Below, in pieces: positions 12,201 through 24,200 of a stretch of DNA of 64,000 bases. The position numbers and the translations under genes are program-made. Source of the DNA: Amoebophrya sp. A120 (lineage: Eukaryota > Protista > Dinoflagellata); contig CAJINV010000007.1 in NCBI GenBank assembly GCA_905178155.1, positions 163,004 through 227,003 on the forward strand, written 5' to 3'. The stretch's first letter is position 1. Each line of letters begins with the position of its first letter. A model generated the notes under the pieces. That model searched no databases and was not told where the DNA came from. It worked only from the letters and a program-made list of their open reading frames with translations.

Positions 12201-15200
12201 CTGCTCCTTTCCAATGAAGTGGCACTGGCCCCCGTCTGGCTGGTACCCCGACGCCTTTCCCGCTAATCCAAAAACTCCCTTATCCATTTGCGACGCCTTC
12301 GAGGAGGATGAAGAGGAGCCCACCCCCGCACTATACTGCGGAGCGGGTCCATAGAGATACGGCAGCCCTTTCTCCCATCCTGTTTGTTGCCATTGCTGAA
12401 AATTTTGCGCGTACTGCTGCTCCATCATACTCATCTGCTGCCATTGTTGAAATTCGCGCCATTGCTGCTCTTTTTCCGCTTCTTCCCTCATCCAATCCTG
12501 TTCGTACTTTCCTTCCCCGTTTGGCATCCGTCCTCCAACTTTCTTCCTTCCTTCGTGGCCCCGTCTCTCTTCTTCGCTTTCTTCTTCTTCACTTTCTTCT
12601 TTGGTGTAGTCGAAATCCGCCACTTCTCTTTTGAATCTCTTCGCCTCTTTTTCTTGCTTTTCCATCTCTTCGCTTTGTTCCTCAGCTTCCTCACCCTTTT
12701 CCGTCTCTTTTCCGCTTCCCCTTGGCCTTTTCTTAATCTTGTCTCCTTTCGCGCTATGTGCCTTGCACTTGTCTCCGTGCACTCCCTGTCCCATTCCTTT
12801 TCCGTTAATGTACTGCACCGGGTTCCCACCCACTCCCATATCTTTTAGTCCCTTCATCCTTTCTTGGTAGCCAAATACGTTTCCCCCTTTCTTCTCTAAC
12901 CAGGATTGCTCCGCAGCCCAACCCTGCGTCATTGGCGGTTCCCAGCCTTGCATCTGGTACGGTGGCACGTACTGACTCTGCATCATATTCAGGGACGGAG
13001 TTCCCAGCTTTCCCATCGCGAACGGGTTGTATTTCGCGGTCTCTTGCACTTGGTCCCACATTGTCACTCCGTCGTGGGTGCTCCAGCTTCCCTTTCCTAC
13101 GTAGTTGCCCTTCTCCTCTTCTCCGCTTCCTTCCTCTTCCATTGCGTACTCCCCCTGCATCCATTGTCTCTGCCTCGCTGCATTTTCTTGAATGCCTTGC
13201 AGGCTTCCGCCAGTTTTCACGTACTTCGCGAACAGGTCCGCCAGCTTCTTTCCCTGTTTCTGAATCATGAGAGTCTTCTTTCCTTTCCATGCATTACAAG
13301 TCTTTTTCTTAAGGTGAATCAGCATTACAAATTTTATTTCTCATGCTGAGAAAATTTGTAATGCATTTATACGAGTATGATACTTTTGCAGTTCATAAAT
13401 CGGTCTCTTTCCAGCTCGTTCGACCTTTGTTTGAGCAGCGTCTGCTGTTGCTCGATCGCGAGTTTCTCGTCCAGTAGCCGGTTCTTCTCTTCCGCAAGTT
13501 CGATTTCGATCTGTTCCTGACTATGCATGGTAAGAGTTCTCTCGCACCAAGTTGTATGTCAAGTTGTGCACCAAGTCCAAGTTGCGCACCTAAACTCAAA
13601 TACAAATTAGGTGGGGGTAGGAAGAGTGATCCGAAGAATTTCTACACTCCCAGGAAAGCCTCCAGGCGTCCACCATGTTGCGGCAATTCCTGACGAATTC
13701 CTGACGTACAGCCCAAAGCACGTCAGGAATTCGAGTTAGCCCGTGGGAAGAAAACAGAGTTGCTGCGTCCCAAGGAAAGGAAAAAAAGCTTCCCTCTGCA
13801 TTCACGACGGCATGGCAATTCCTGACGAATTCCTGAAGCGCAGCCAAAAAACGTCAGGAATTCAAATTAGCTCGTGGGAAGATAAAAAGAGATGCTGCAT
13901 TCACGGGGAAGTAAGAAAAGCCTACTTTCGTTTCCACGACGGCACGGCAATTCCTGACGAATTCCTGACGCGCAGCCCAAAAAACGTCAGGAATTCGAGT
14001 TAGCTCGTGGGAAGACCAAAAGAGATGCTGCATTCGCGGGGAAGTAAGAAAAGCTTACTTTCGTTTCCACGACGGCACGGCAATTCCTGACGAATTCCTG
14101 ACGCGCAGCCCAAAAAACGTCAGGAATTCGAGTTAGCTCGTGGGAAGACCAAAAGAGATGCTGCATTCGCGGGGAAGTAAGAAAAGCTTACTTTCGTTTC
14201 CACGACGGCACGGCAATTCCTGACGAATTCCTGACGCGCAGCCCAAAAAACGTCAGGAATTCGAGTTAGCTCGTGGGAAGACCAAAAGAGATGCTGCATT
14301 CGCGGGGAAGTAAGAAAAGCTTACTTTCGTTTCCACGACGGCACGGCAATTCCTGACGAATTCCTGACGCGCAGCCCAAAAAACGTCAGGAATTCGAGTT
14401 AGCTCGTGGGAAGACCAAAAGAGATGCTGCATTCGCGGGGAAGTAAGAAAAGCTTACTTTCGTTTCCACGACGGCACGGCAATTCCTGACGAATTCCTGA
14501 CGCGCAGCCCAAAAAACGTCAGGAATTCGAGTTAGCTCGTGGGAAGACCAAAAGAGATGCTGCATTCGCGGGGAAGTAAGAAAAGCTTACTTTCGTTTCC
14601 ACGACGGCACGGCAATTCCTGACGAATTCCTGACGCGCAGCCCAAAAAACGTCAGGAATTCGAGTTAGCTCGTGGGAAGACCAAAAGAGATGCTGCATTC
14701 GCGGGGAAGTAAGAAAAGCTTACTTTCGTTTCCACGACGGCACGGCAATTCCTGACGAATTCCTGACGCGCAGCCCAAAAAACGTCAGGAATTCGAGTTA
14801 GCTCGTGGGAAGACCAAAAGAGATGCTGCATTCGCGGGGAAGTAAGAAAAGCTTACTTTCGTTTCCACGACGGCACGGCAATTCCTGACGAATTCCTGAC
14901 GCGCAGCCCAAAAAACGTCAGGAATTCGAGTTAGCTCGTGGGAAGACCAAAAGAGATGCTGCATTCGCGGGGAAGTAAGAAAAGCTTACTTTCGTTTCCA
15001 CGACGGCACGGCAATTCCTGACGAATTCCTGACGCGCAGCCCAAAAAACGTCAGGAATTCGAGTTAGCTCGTGGGAAGACCAAAAGAGATGCTGCATTCA
15101 CGGGGACGTAAGAAAACCCTACTTTCGTTTCCACGACGGCACGGCAATTCCTGACGAATTTCTGACGCGCAGCCCAAAAAACGTCAGGAATTCAAATCAG

Positions 15201-18200
15201 ATTGTGGGAAGAGCAACAGAGCTGCTGCGATCGACGCAAAAGAAAAGAAGTCTCCCTTTGCATTTGCTTCCCCGAGGGTATGGCAATTCCTGACGAATTC
15301 CTGACGGGCAGCCCAAAAAACCTCAGGAATACAGCTCTACAGAAGAGTCCCGAAAACTTCAGTTCTGACAAGCCTCGCCGGCAACAAGAAAAAAAGGAAA
15401 ATTTGCGATGGTGCTACACCAGATATCAAGGCAGTTTTGTCCTCTTCATGCACGAAAGTTGTAATCATGCACCTGGTAGTTGTACACTTGGCACAAGAAT
15501 TGTTCCTTTATTTGCACTGGATATTTTTTCTCCTTCAGCAGGGTCTCTTTCGCTTGGATTTGCTCCTTCAGCTCTTGCTCCTTTTCCAAAATTTTCACTT
15601 CCAGCTTCTCCTCGCGGTCGGTTAGGTCGTTCTCGATGTGGAGCTTTTTTTGCTCGAGCTGCTGCTCCTTTTCGGCAATCTTCGTTTTCAACTCCATTTC
15701 CTTCTGCTGAATTCTTTTTTTCAACTCGTTCTCGCGGTTTTGTAAGTCGCTTTGCTTCTCGTAGAAGAGTTTTTCCTCGGTTTCCACTCTCCTGCTGTTC
15801 TCCTCCTCTTTTTCCGATACTTTCGTCGAGAACTCCGTTTCCAGCTTAACCCTTTCCGCCTGAAGTACTAGCAGCTGCTCCTTCTCCCTTTCCTGCATCC
15901 GGAGCTCTTTCTGGTGCATCTTCTCCAGCAAATCCGACTCTAACTCCGTGAAGTTGGACTTCATCTGCGTCTATCAAATGCAAATGTGTCTGGGTCTGGA
16001 AGGGTCGGGGCTTGTCATGCACATTTTGCATCACCCGTGAGGTCTGTGATGCAGGTGCTAGCATCACAGATTTTTCGAGAGCTTCTCGATGCTAATTACG
16101 CATGAAAAATGCCCTCTCCGCGTGCCAAGAACTGAGTCCTCATGCTGCTCATGCAACACAGATATTTTTAGAATCTGCAGACAGCATTACAAGTTGCATT
16201 CTTCCAGACCCAGACATATTTGCATTTGATAGCGTCTCCTTCTGTTTGAACTTCTTTTCCAACTCTCGCTCCAGCTGCTATCCTGAGCAAAAGCATCCCC
16301 ACTCCATACCCATAGCTGTCATGCAGATTTGCATCTACCGAAACATTTGTAATGCGGGTCCCCATGAGAGGCATGATTTCTAGTCGTGTTTTGGATTTTG
16401 TAATGCTGGAAACAGGATGAGCAGATGGATTTGTGATGCGGCTGTTCTTACTAACGTGCACTACTACACTACGGACTGCAACTTGTCATGCGTGGCTCCC
16501 AAAACTTCTAGATTTGTGTTGCTATCATTTAAGTTCCCAACTTGACTTTGGGGTGGGGACTTTTTTACACAGGATAGCTGCTCCGAGTTATTCTCGAGTT
16601 CCAACTTCCGCTTTTGGAGATTTTTCTCGATCTGTTCCAGTTCCTCCCGTCTTTCCGCCAACTCGATGTCTTTCTGCTTCATATCAAATGTAAAAATGTC
16701 TGGGTCTGGAAGGTTACCAGGTTTGTCATGCATACATTACATGACTTAGGACGTCTGTCATGGAAGCCCTAGCAGCACAGATTTTTAGAGGCCTTCCTGA
16801 TGCCTATTCCGCATGACAAATGCCCTCCCCGCGTAGCACAGACTGGGCTCCTATTGCTGGTCATGACGCAATACAGATTTTTTTAGAGTCAAAAGTTAGC
16901 ATCACAAGTTCCAACCTTCCAGACCCAGACATTTTTACATTTGATACTTCAAGTTGTGCAGCAACTTTTTCTCTTTCGTGGAAAACTCAAGGAGCAGATG
17001 CTCCTCGCGAGCGTTCAGATCTTGTTCCTTCGCTTGCAACTGCTTCTGAAGCTTGTCGTGGTTCTCTTGCTGGAGCGAAGCCTCTTGGAACTGCTGGTGG
17101 AGCTTCTGTTTCTCGAGGGAGCGGGTCTGCTGGAGCTGGTCATACTCCTGCTATCAAATGTAAAAATGTCTGGGTCTGGATGTCATGCATGTTTGTCATG
17201 CTTGTCTGGCATGGCACTCAAATCTGTGATGCGCGTTACATAAGAGCGCCACTTTTCTGTCATGCAGAAGCGCAGTTTGTCATGCAGAATAGGCAACACC
17301 TAGAAGCTCAGACACTTGTCATGCTAAGGCAGCACTTGTGGCCTCCTCATGATACGCCACCCAGCATCACAAGTTTCCAGACCCAGACATTTTTACGGTT
17401 GATACCTGCTGGTGCTTGCGTAGTTCCAGGTCGAGGTCGGCCTGATTTTTTGACAGATTCGGTTTCTGTGAGATCTTTGCCATACGTTTTTTTCCACATG
17501 AGAAACTGCCTCTCGGCTTGCTCAAGAGTGGATAGCTTCATTGGTAATCACGCAACACATTTTTGCATGATTCACATTTAGCATGAGAAGTTGTACTCTT
17601 CGTCTTCCAGAGGACCCAAACATATTTGCAATGCGTATACCTTTTTCCTCTCCCATTCCTGCCGTTGTCCTTCCAAAACCCCCTGTGCCTCGAGCTGCTC
17701 TTGCTGTAGCTTCTTCGCGCTTTCCGTTTTCCACTCGGACATTTTCAACTCAAACTCCCGCTGCAGGGCTTGCTTCGTCAGCTCGAGGTCCGCATCCCGG
17801 TTGACTTTCTCCCTCTCCGTGTCTTATCAAATGCAGAAGTGTCTGGGTCTGGGAGGATGGAACTTGTGATGCGTCCTGTGGGTCACGCAAAAATCTGTGT
17901 TGCGTGAGCACCAAAAGTTGTCCTTTTTTGACCAACATGACTATGACATGAGCGGGAGTTTCTCATGCATGATAGGCATGATAGAGACTTCGCAGAGTCT
18001 GTCATGCTAGCTCCTGCATTGCAGACCTCATGGGGTATGAAAATATGCATGACAAGTCTGCATTCTTCCAGACCCAGACATTTCTGCATTTGATATGTCT
18101 TCTTCGATCGCAAGTTGCTTTTTTTGAAAAAGCTCTTTCTCCTGCACAAACAGCGCCTGCTCTTGCTTCAACGTTGTCATATCAACTGCAAAAATGTCTG

Positions 18201-21200
18201 GGTCTGGAAACTTGCGATGCAAGTTAGGGAAAAATGCGCATACTGTAATGCACTGCCAAGCATGACAAGTTTTTCCGTGGTTCAGAGTTGCGTACCCCGC
18301 ATGAGAAATTGCGTTTTTGCATGACAGGCAAGAGAAGCCCCTTGCGGCCACGCAATACAGAGCTCAGAGTCATGCCGGACTAGCATGACAAATCCCGGAA
18401 TCTTCCAGACCCAGACGCTTTTGCATTTGATATGTCAAGTCGCTTTGCAAGTTCGTTTTCTCCTTTTCCAGCAAATCCATGTTTTTCAGCAACTCCCGCT
18501 CCGCCTGCTGCGCGTCCTGTGCAAAAGTATCGCACTCGTACTGATTCCAGTTTATGCATGAGAAATTTTCTTTCCAAGGTATTAAAACAGCATGACAAAT
18601 CCAATTTTTCACGCTGAGAAAATTTGTAATGCAATTTATACTAGTACGATGCTTTTGCAATTCATACTGCGCGTCCTCCTGCAGCTGTTGCTTTTCGAAC
18701 AGGACCTGTTCGTGTTCCTTTTCGATTTCTTTCCGTTTCGCCTCCAATTTTTCGTCAAAGATTTGTTTCTGGTGGTCGGAGAAAGCGGCTCTTTCCTCCT
18801 CGAACATCTTATGAATTGCAAAAATGTCTGGGTCTGGAAGATTGCAACTTGTCATGGTAAATCTGAAACATGCAAAAATCTGTGTTGCATGAGTGCCAAA
18901 AGCTGTACACTTTTGACCAAGTTGGAAGGGAGTTTCTCATGCAGGATAGGCATGATAGGGATCTCACAGAATGTCTGTCATGCTAAGTCCCGCATTCCAG
19001 ACCTCATGGGTCATGGAAAATCTGCATGACAAGTCTACACTTTACCAGACCCAGACATTTTTACATTTGATACATCTTTCTCTTCTGCGACAACTCTTCT
19101 TCGAAGTTCTTTTGCATCAGGTGGAGCTCAGACTGTTTCCTTTGCTCTTTTTCATCTAGCTCGAAATCTACCTGTTTCGCCTTCTTCTCAAACTCCGCTT
19201 CCAGCTCCCGTTTGCGCTTCTTGATCGATTCCTGGACTTCCCGCTCTCTCTCTTCCGCCATGAGCCGGTCCTTTCGGTCCCTTTGCTCGCGCTCCGACGC
19301 GAAGGCGCGACGCTCGCGTTCCAGTTGCTCCCGCTCCTCAGTGAATTCCCGCTGCTTGCCAGCTTCGAGTTGCGTCAAATGTTCCAGCGCGCGGGTCTTC
19401 TCGCGCTCTAAATGTTTTTTTTCATCTTCCAGTAGCTTTTTCTCATTTTCGACTGCTAGAACATTCTGCTCCTTCTCCTGCTCTAGCTGCTTTTTCATGT
19501 TCTGGACCTGCAGCTCCGCGTTTTCTTTCTCAAACAGCAATTTCTGTTTCTCCGTGTTCAGTAAAACGTCGACTTGCTGCTTCTCCGCGGCAATTTGCTC
19601 CTTCGCGCGAGTTAAGAAGTCACTCGCTTCTTCCGCTCCCCGCTGCTGAATCTCCTCCCGCAGTTTCTCCAAATTTGATTTCTCGCTGTCCGATAATTGC
19701 GACAACCGAATTTTCTCTTCCTGTAGCCGCTTCTTTTCCTCCTGGATTTCGATTTCTAGCTGCTTTCTGCTGCAGGAAAATTCGGATTCTAGCTTTTCCC
19801 TTTCGGTATCCAATTTCTTCTGCAGCAAGACCGATTCCTCCTGCAGATTTGTTAAAAGTTTCTCCTTTTCTTGCTCCAACTGCTTCTCGCAATTTTTCTC
19901 CAGTTGCTTCTTCTTCGTCTCGAAAAGCAGTTCGAATTCCTTCTCCTTTTCCGAGAGTAATTTTTGCATCTCCAGCTTCTCCTGCTGGCACTGCTTCGCC
20001 CAGTTTGCGTTTTTCACTTGAAACCCATTCTCCGCCTCGTCCATATAGGCGGCGAACTTTTTCTTCTCCTCCTTGGCCTGCTCTTTCCAAGTTTGCTTCT
20101 CGTGTTGAAAAGACGACTCTTGGCTTTCCAGGTCCTTCTGTTTCCGGACGAACTCTTGTTCCAAATCAGTGAGCCGCTGGTCGCTATTTGCGTTGAGTTG
20201 CGCCAGTTGAAAATCGAAGTCCTGTTGCAGTTTCTGCTTCTTCTGCTTCCAGTGGTCCTGGAATTCTTGCTCCTTCGCATCGAAATCCGAGATCAATTTC
20301 TCTTTCAAATCTTGCAGCTCTTTCTCGTCCTTTTTTCGCTTCTCCTGCAGTTCCTTTTCGCACTCGTCCATGATGGAGATCTTCTCCTCCTGTTCCTGCT
20401 CAAAGGCCTGCTTGATCTTCGCAAACTTCAGCTTTTCGTTCGCGAGGACCGCTTTCTCGGTTTTCAGGTCGTCCTTCAGCTGTTCTATGCTGTGCAAAAG
20501 TATCGTACTCGTATAAATGCATGACAAATTTCCTCAGCATGAGAGATAAAATTTGTAATGCGGATTTACCTTAAGAGCAAGATTTGTAATGCATGAATGC
20601 GATTACTACGAGTACGATACTTTTGCACAGGATATGTTCGTGTTGGTCGTCGATCTGCTCCAGCTCGGATTTCTTCGAAAGCAGTTCTTCTTATCCTAAG
20701 CAAAAACGTCCCCACCCCATAGTCTTCAAGTTGGGAATCTAGGAACACAAGTCTCCAAGTTTTGGCAGCTGCGCATCACAAGCTTCCCTCTGCAGTGTAG
20801 TGCTGATTGGCATCAGAAGCCGCATCAGAAAGCCACTTTCACATCCTGGTTACAGCATTACAAATTCCGAAACACGATTTTTAGAAATTCCTGTCATGAA
20901 GCTGCGCATTACAAATCGATTCCTGTCATTGCACATTTGCATGACAACTCTGGTGTGCGGACCGATTTTTACTCAGGATACTTGTTTCACGTTGTTCAGC
21001 TCGTCCCACTCAACCTGCAATTCCTTCTCGTTACGTTGCTTTTCCTCGTGCATTTTGCTCTATGCATTGCAAAAGGAGCATCGCACCAGGGCCAGCATGA
21101 GCATAAATTGCATTTGCATGACAAACTTTCTCAACGAGAATAATATAGTTGGAATTCGAATTTGTAATGCTGGTAAGGTATTAGAAACTTGCTTTGCCCT

Positions 21201-24200
21201 GCAAGACTCTGCACTTAGTACGAGCGCGACACAACTTTTGCAGTAGATATGTCCAACTTCTTCACGATGTCCAGCCGCTTGTCCTCGAGCACTATCCTGT
21301 GTAAAAGCATCCCCACCCCAAAGTTGTCATGCAGATCTGCAAGCACAAGAGCATTTGTAATGCGCATGATCCCCATGAGTGGCATTTCCCATTGCGTTTT
21401 GGAACTTGTAATGCTCTAAACAGGATAAGGAGATGGATTTGTTATGTTGCGGCTTCCCTTACTAAACTGCATTTTTACATTTCAGCCTGCAACTTGTCAT
21501 GCGTAGCGCCCAAAAGTTCAAGGTTTGTGTTGCAAAATTCCCCATCTTGACTACTCTGGGGTCGTGGGAACGTTTTTACAAATGATAAACATCTGTTTTT
21601 CTTTCTTCATCTGGTCGAAATCGTTTTCCACCGCAATGCGGCGCTTGTGTAGTTTATCAAATGCAAAAGTGTCTGGGTCTGGAATGTTGCCGGGTTTGTC
21701 ATGCATATTTTGCATGACCCAGGATGTCTGCAATGCATGGCCTAGCATCACAGATTTTTAGAGGGATTCCCGAAGCCTATTCCGCATGACAAATGCCCTC
21801 CCCGCGTAGCACAAACTAGACTCCTCTTGCTGAAGATCATCCAATACAGATTTTTTTAGAGTCCAAAGTTACCATCACAAGTTCCAACTTTCCAGACCCA
21901 GACATTTTTGCAATCCATATAGTTTTTCCTTTTCGGATTCCAAATTGTTCACGACGTGCTCCCATTTCGACTTTTCCTCCTGCAGCTTCGCCTCCGCTTA
22001 TCCAAGAAAAAAACTGTGTTAGTGTAAGTCTTTTGGAAAAACAGCATCACAAGTTTGTCTGCCATGACAGGAAAAGCTTGTTATGCGCAGATAGAAACGG
22101 AAAACACATGGGAAGCCAGCCGATCATGCACGTCGAGCATGACAAGTGTGACTGTTTTGCATTTTCTGCATCACAAATTCACACTTACACAGTTTTTTTC
22201 TTGCATACCGCTTGCCGAACGTTCATTCGGTCCTTTTCCAAGCCTGCGTATTCATTTTCCTTCGCGGCGAGTTGCTCTATCCTGTGCAAAAGTACCGCAC
22301 TCGTAGTAATTGCAATCATGCATTACAAATCTCTCTCTTAAGGCGAATCAGCATTACAAATTTTCTTTCTCATGCTAAGCAAATTTGTCATGCGATTACT
22401 ATCTATTATATTCATGCGAAAATATGGGTTTGTAGAGGGTAGACGAGAGGTGGCCGGGAGGTAAAACAGAGGTCAAAAGAGGTCAAAAAGAGGTCGACAG
22501 AGGTGGAGAGGTGGCGCGGGAGGCAGTTCGAGAGGGTGCGCGAGAGGTGGCGCGGGTATAGCCCGCCGAACCGCTCGCCCTTTAGGGCCGCTAAGCGCCT
22601 CGGAGGGTGCCGAGAGGAAAAAAAGAGGGCAAGCGAGAGGGGGACAGAGGTGCCGAGAGGTTGCGCGAATAAGGGGAGACCTCTCGCGCACCCTCTGGGC
22701 CACCTCTCGACCACCTCTGTCGACCTCTAACCGCGAGTATAGCCGGATTATTAGCAACACCTCTCGGAAGAGGTGAAAAAGAGGGTCTGCGAGAGGGGTA
22801 AAAAAACCCGAATCCGCCCGAGGCAGGGCTGTTTTTTTGCGGCCTTTTCAAGCATAGGCCCGAACCCTCTCGCGCCACCGTCTCGCGCACCCTCTCGCGC
22901 CAATCTCTCGCGTCGGGCGGCTTCTGTTCGCCCCCGGTGTTCTTTGCAGCTGCCCCCTGCGCAGAGCGCCCGCAGGCGCGGGAAGCGCGCAAGCGGTCCT
23001 GCGGGTTGGCGCGGCGCAAACAGGCGGCCGGACCCGGCACCCAGTGTGCTTCGTCGTGCATTATATTGGGCCCGTGGCATTGTGGCCCGATTCGCAAATA
23101 GTCCTGCCCCGCCCCAACAGCCTTGCGCCCCGGCGTCAGCCGGGGCATGGCTGGTTTATACTAGTACGATACTTTTGCGTTGCATATGCTCCAGCCTCCG
23201 CTGATGAAACTCCGTCTGCGCCTTCAGATCCTTCCGCAGCTGATACAGATGGACTCTTTCCCTTTCGTAGCAGGCCGCGGCGCCGCACGTGCAGATATGA
23301 AGTGCAAAAGCATCGCACTCGTATAAATGCAATACAAATCCCCCAGCATGAGAAATGGAATTTGTCATGCTAATTGACCTTAGGAAAAAGATTTGTATTG
23401 CATAAACTGCAATTACTACGAGTACGCTGCTTTTGCACAGGATAGCAGACGATGGTGGACGAATTCCAGTTCCGCACGACCCCGTGCTTTATCAATTGCA
23501 AATATCTCCAGGTCTGGAACCTTGTGATGCTAGGCGGCGATTTGTGAACATAGACCTGAATGCAGACTACCATGACAAATTCTGAGGACGCATTTTTCCG
23601 GATGCGTAGTGCGCATGGCAAACTGTGCTTTTGCTTGACAAGCCAGCGCTCGTTCTTCTCTTTGATCTCGGTCATGCAATACAGATTTTACAGAAATCCA
23701 GGACACGCAATACAGGTTGCACTTGTCCAGACGCAGACATATTTGCACTGTGGATATGCTTCAACGGGATTTGGTTCTGCGAATTATTCAGATTCTGCTG
23801 CTGCGACAGGTTCAGCAAGTTCTGCTGCGAGGTGTTCAAATGACTAACAGTACTATCCGCGTTTATGCCTTGTCCTGCATTCGCCGGCTGCGACCCCGTG
23901 CTGATGCAGCTGAGGTTTAGCAACTCCGGACGGGAATGCTGAGAATTCGAATGGTTGGATTCGAAACTGTTGATCATCAGATCATTATCTGCTCGTTGGA
24001 ACAAATGTTGATCACGAGATTTTTTGTCCTGAAAGTGTTGGTTGTTCTTGCCGGGTATGCTGTGCAAAAGTATCGTACTAGTAAAAATCGCATGACAGAT
24101 TTCCTTAGCATGAGAAATGAAACTTGTGATGCTGATTTAACTTGACAAAAAAATTTGTGATGCATAAATGCGATTAGTACGAGTACGATACTTTTGCAGT

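Larger units (their letters stand above)
2606..13287 (-). mobile_element. Non-LTR (LINE-like) retrotransposon with APE endonuclease and RT
   Basis: APE and RT motifs; 3' end in a short (AACG)n tail; CAT on both sides; strongly purine-rich sense strand; 5' end falls inside an ORF (probably truncated). Confidence 0.85.
2568..13397. mobile_element. Introner family B split by a 10.7-kb retrotransposon
   Basis: Left arm 2568-2605 and right part 13288-13397 rejoin to gcaatCATgcattacaa as in copy 22278; TSD aatct/aatcg. Confidence 0.85.

Noticed and set aside
4116-13349. Plus-strand F/L/S-rich ORFs
   Set aside because: Antisense shadows of the purine-rich retrotransposon ORFs.
13682-15330. CRISPR-like array of palindromic repeats
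   Set aside because: The would-be spacers are identical, there are no cas genes and the context is a eukaryotic intron; it is a tandem satellite.
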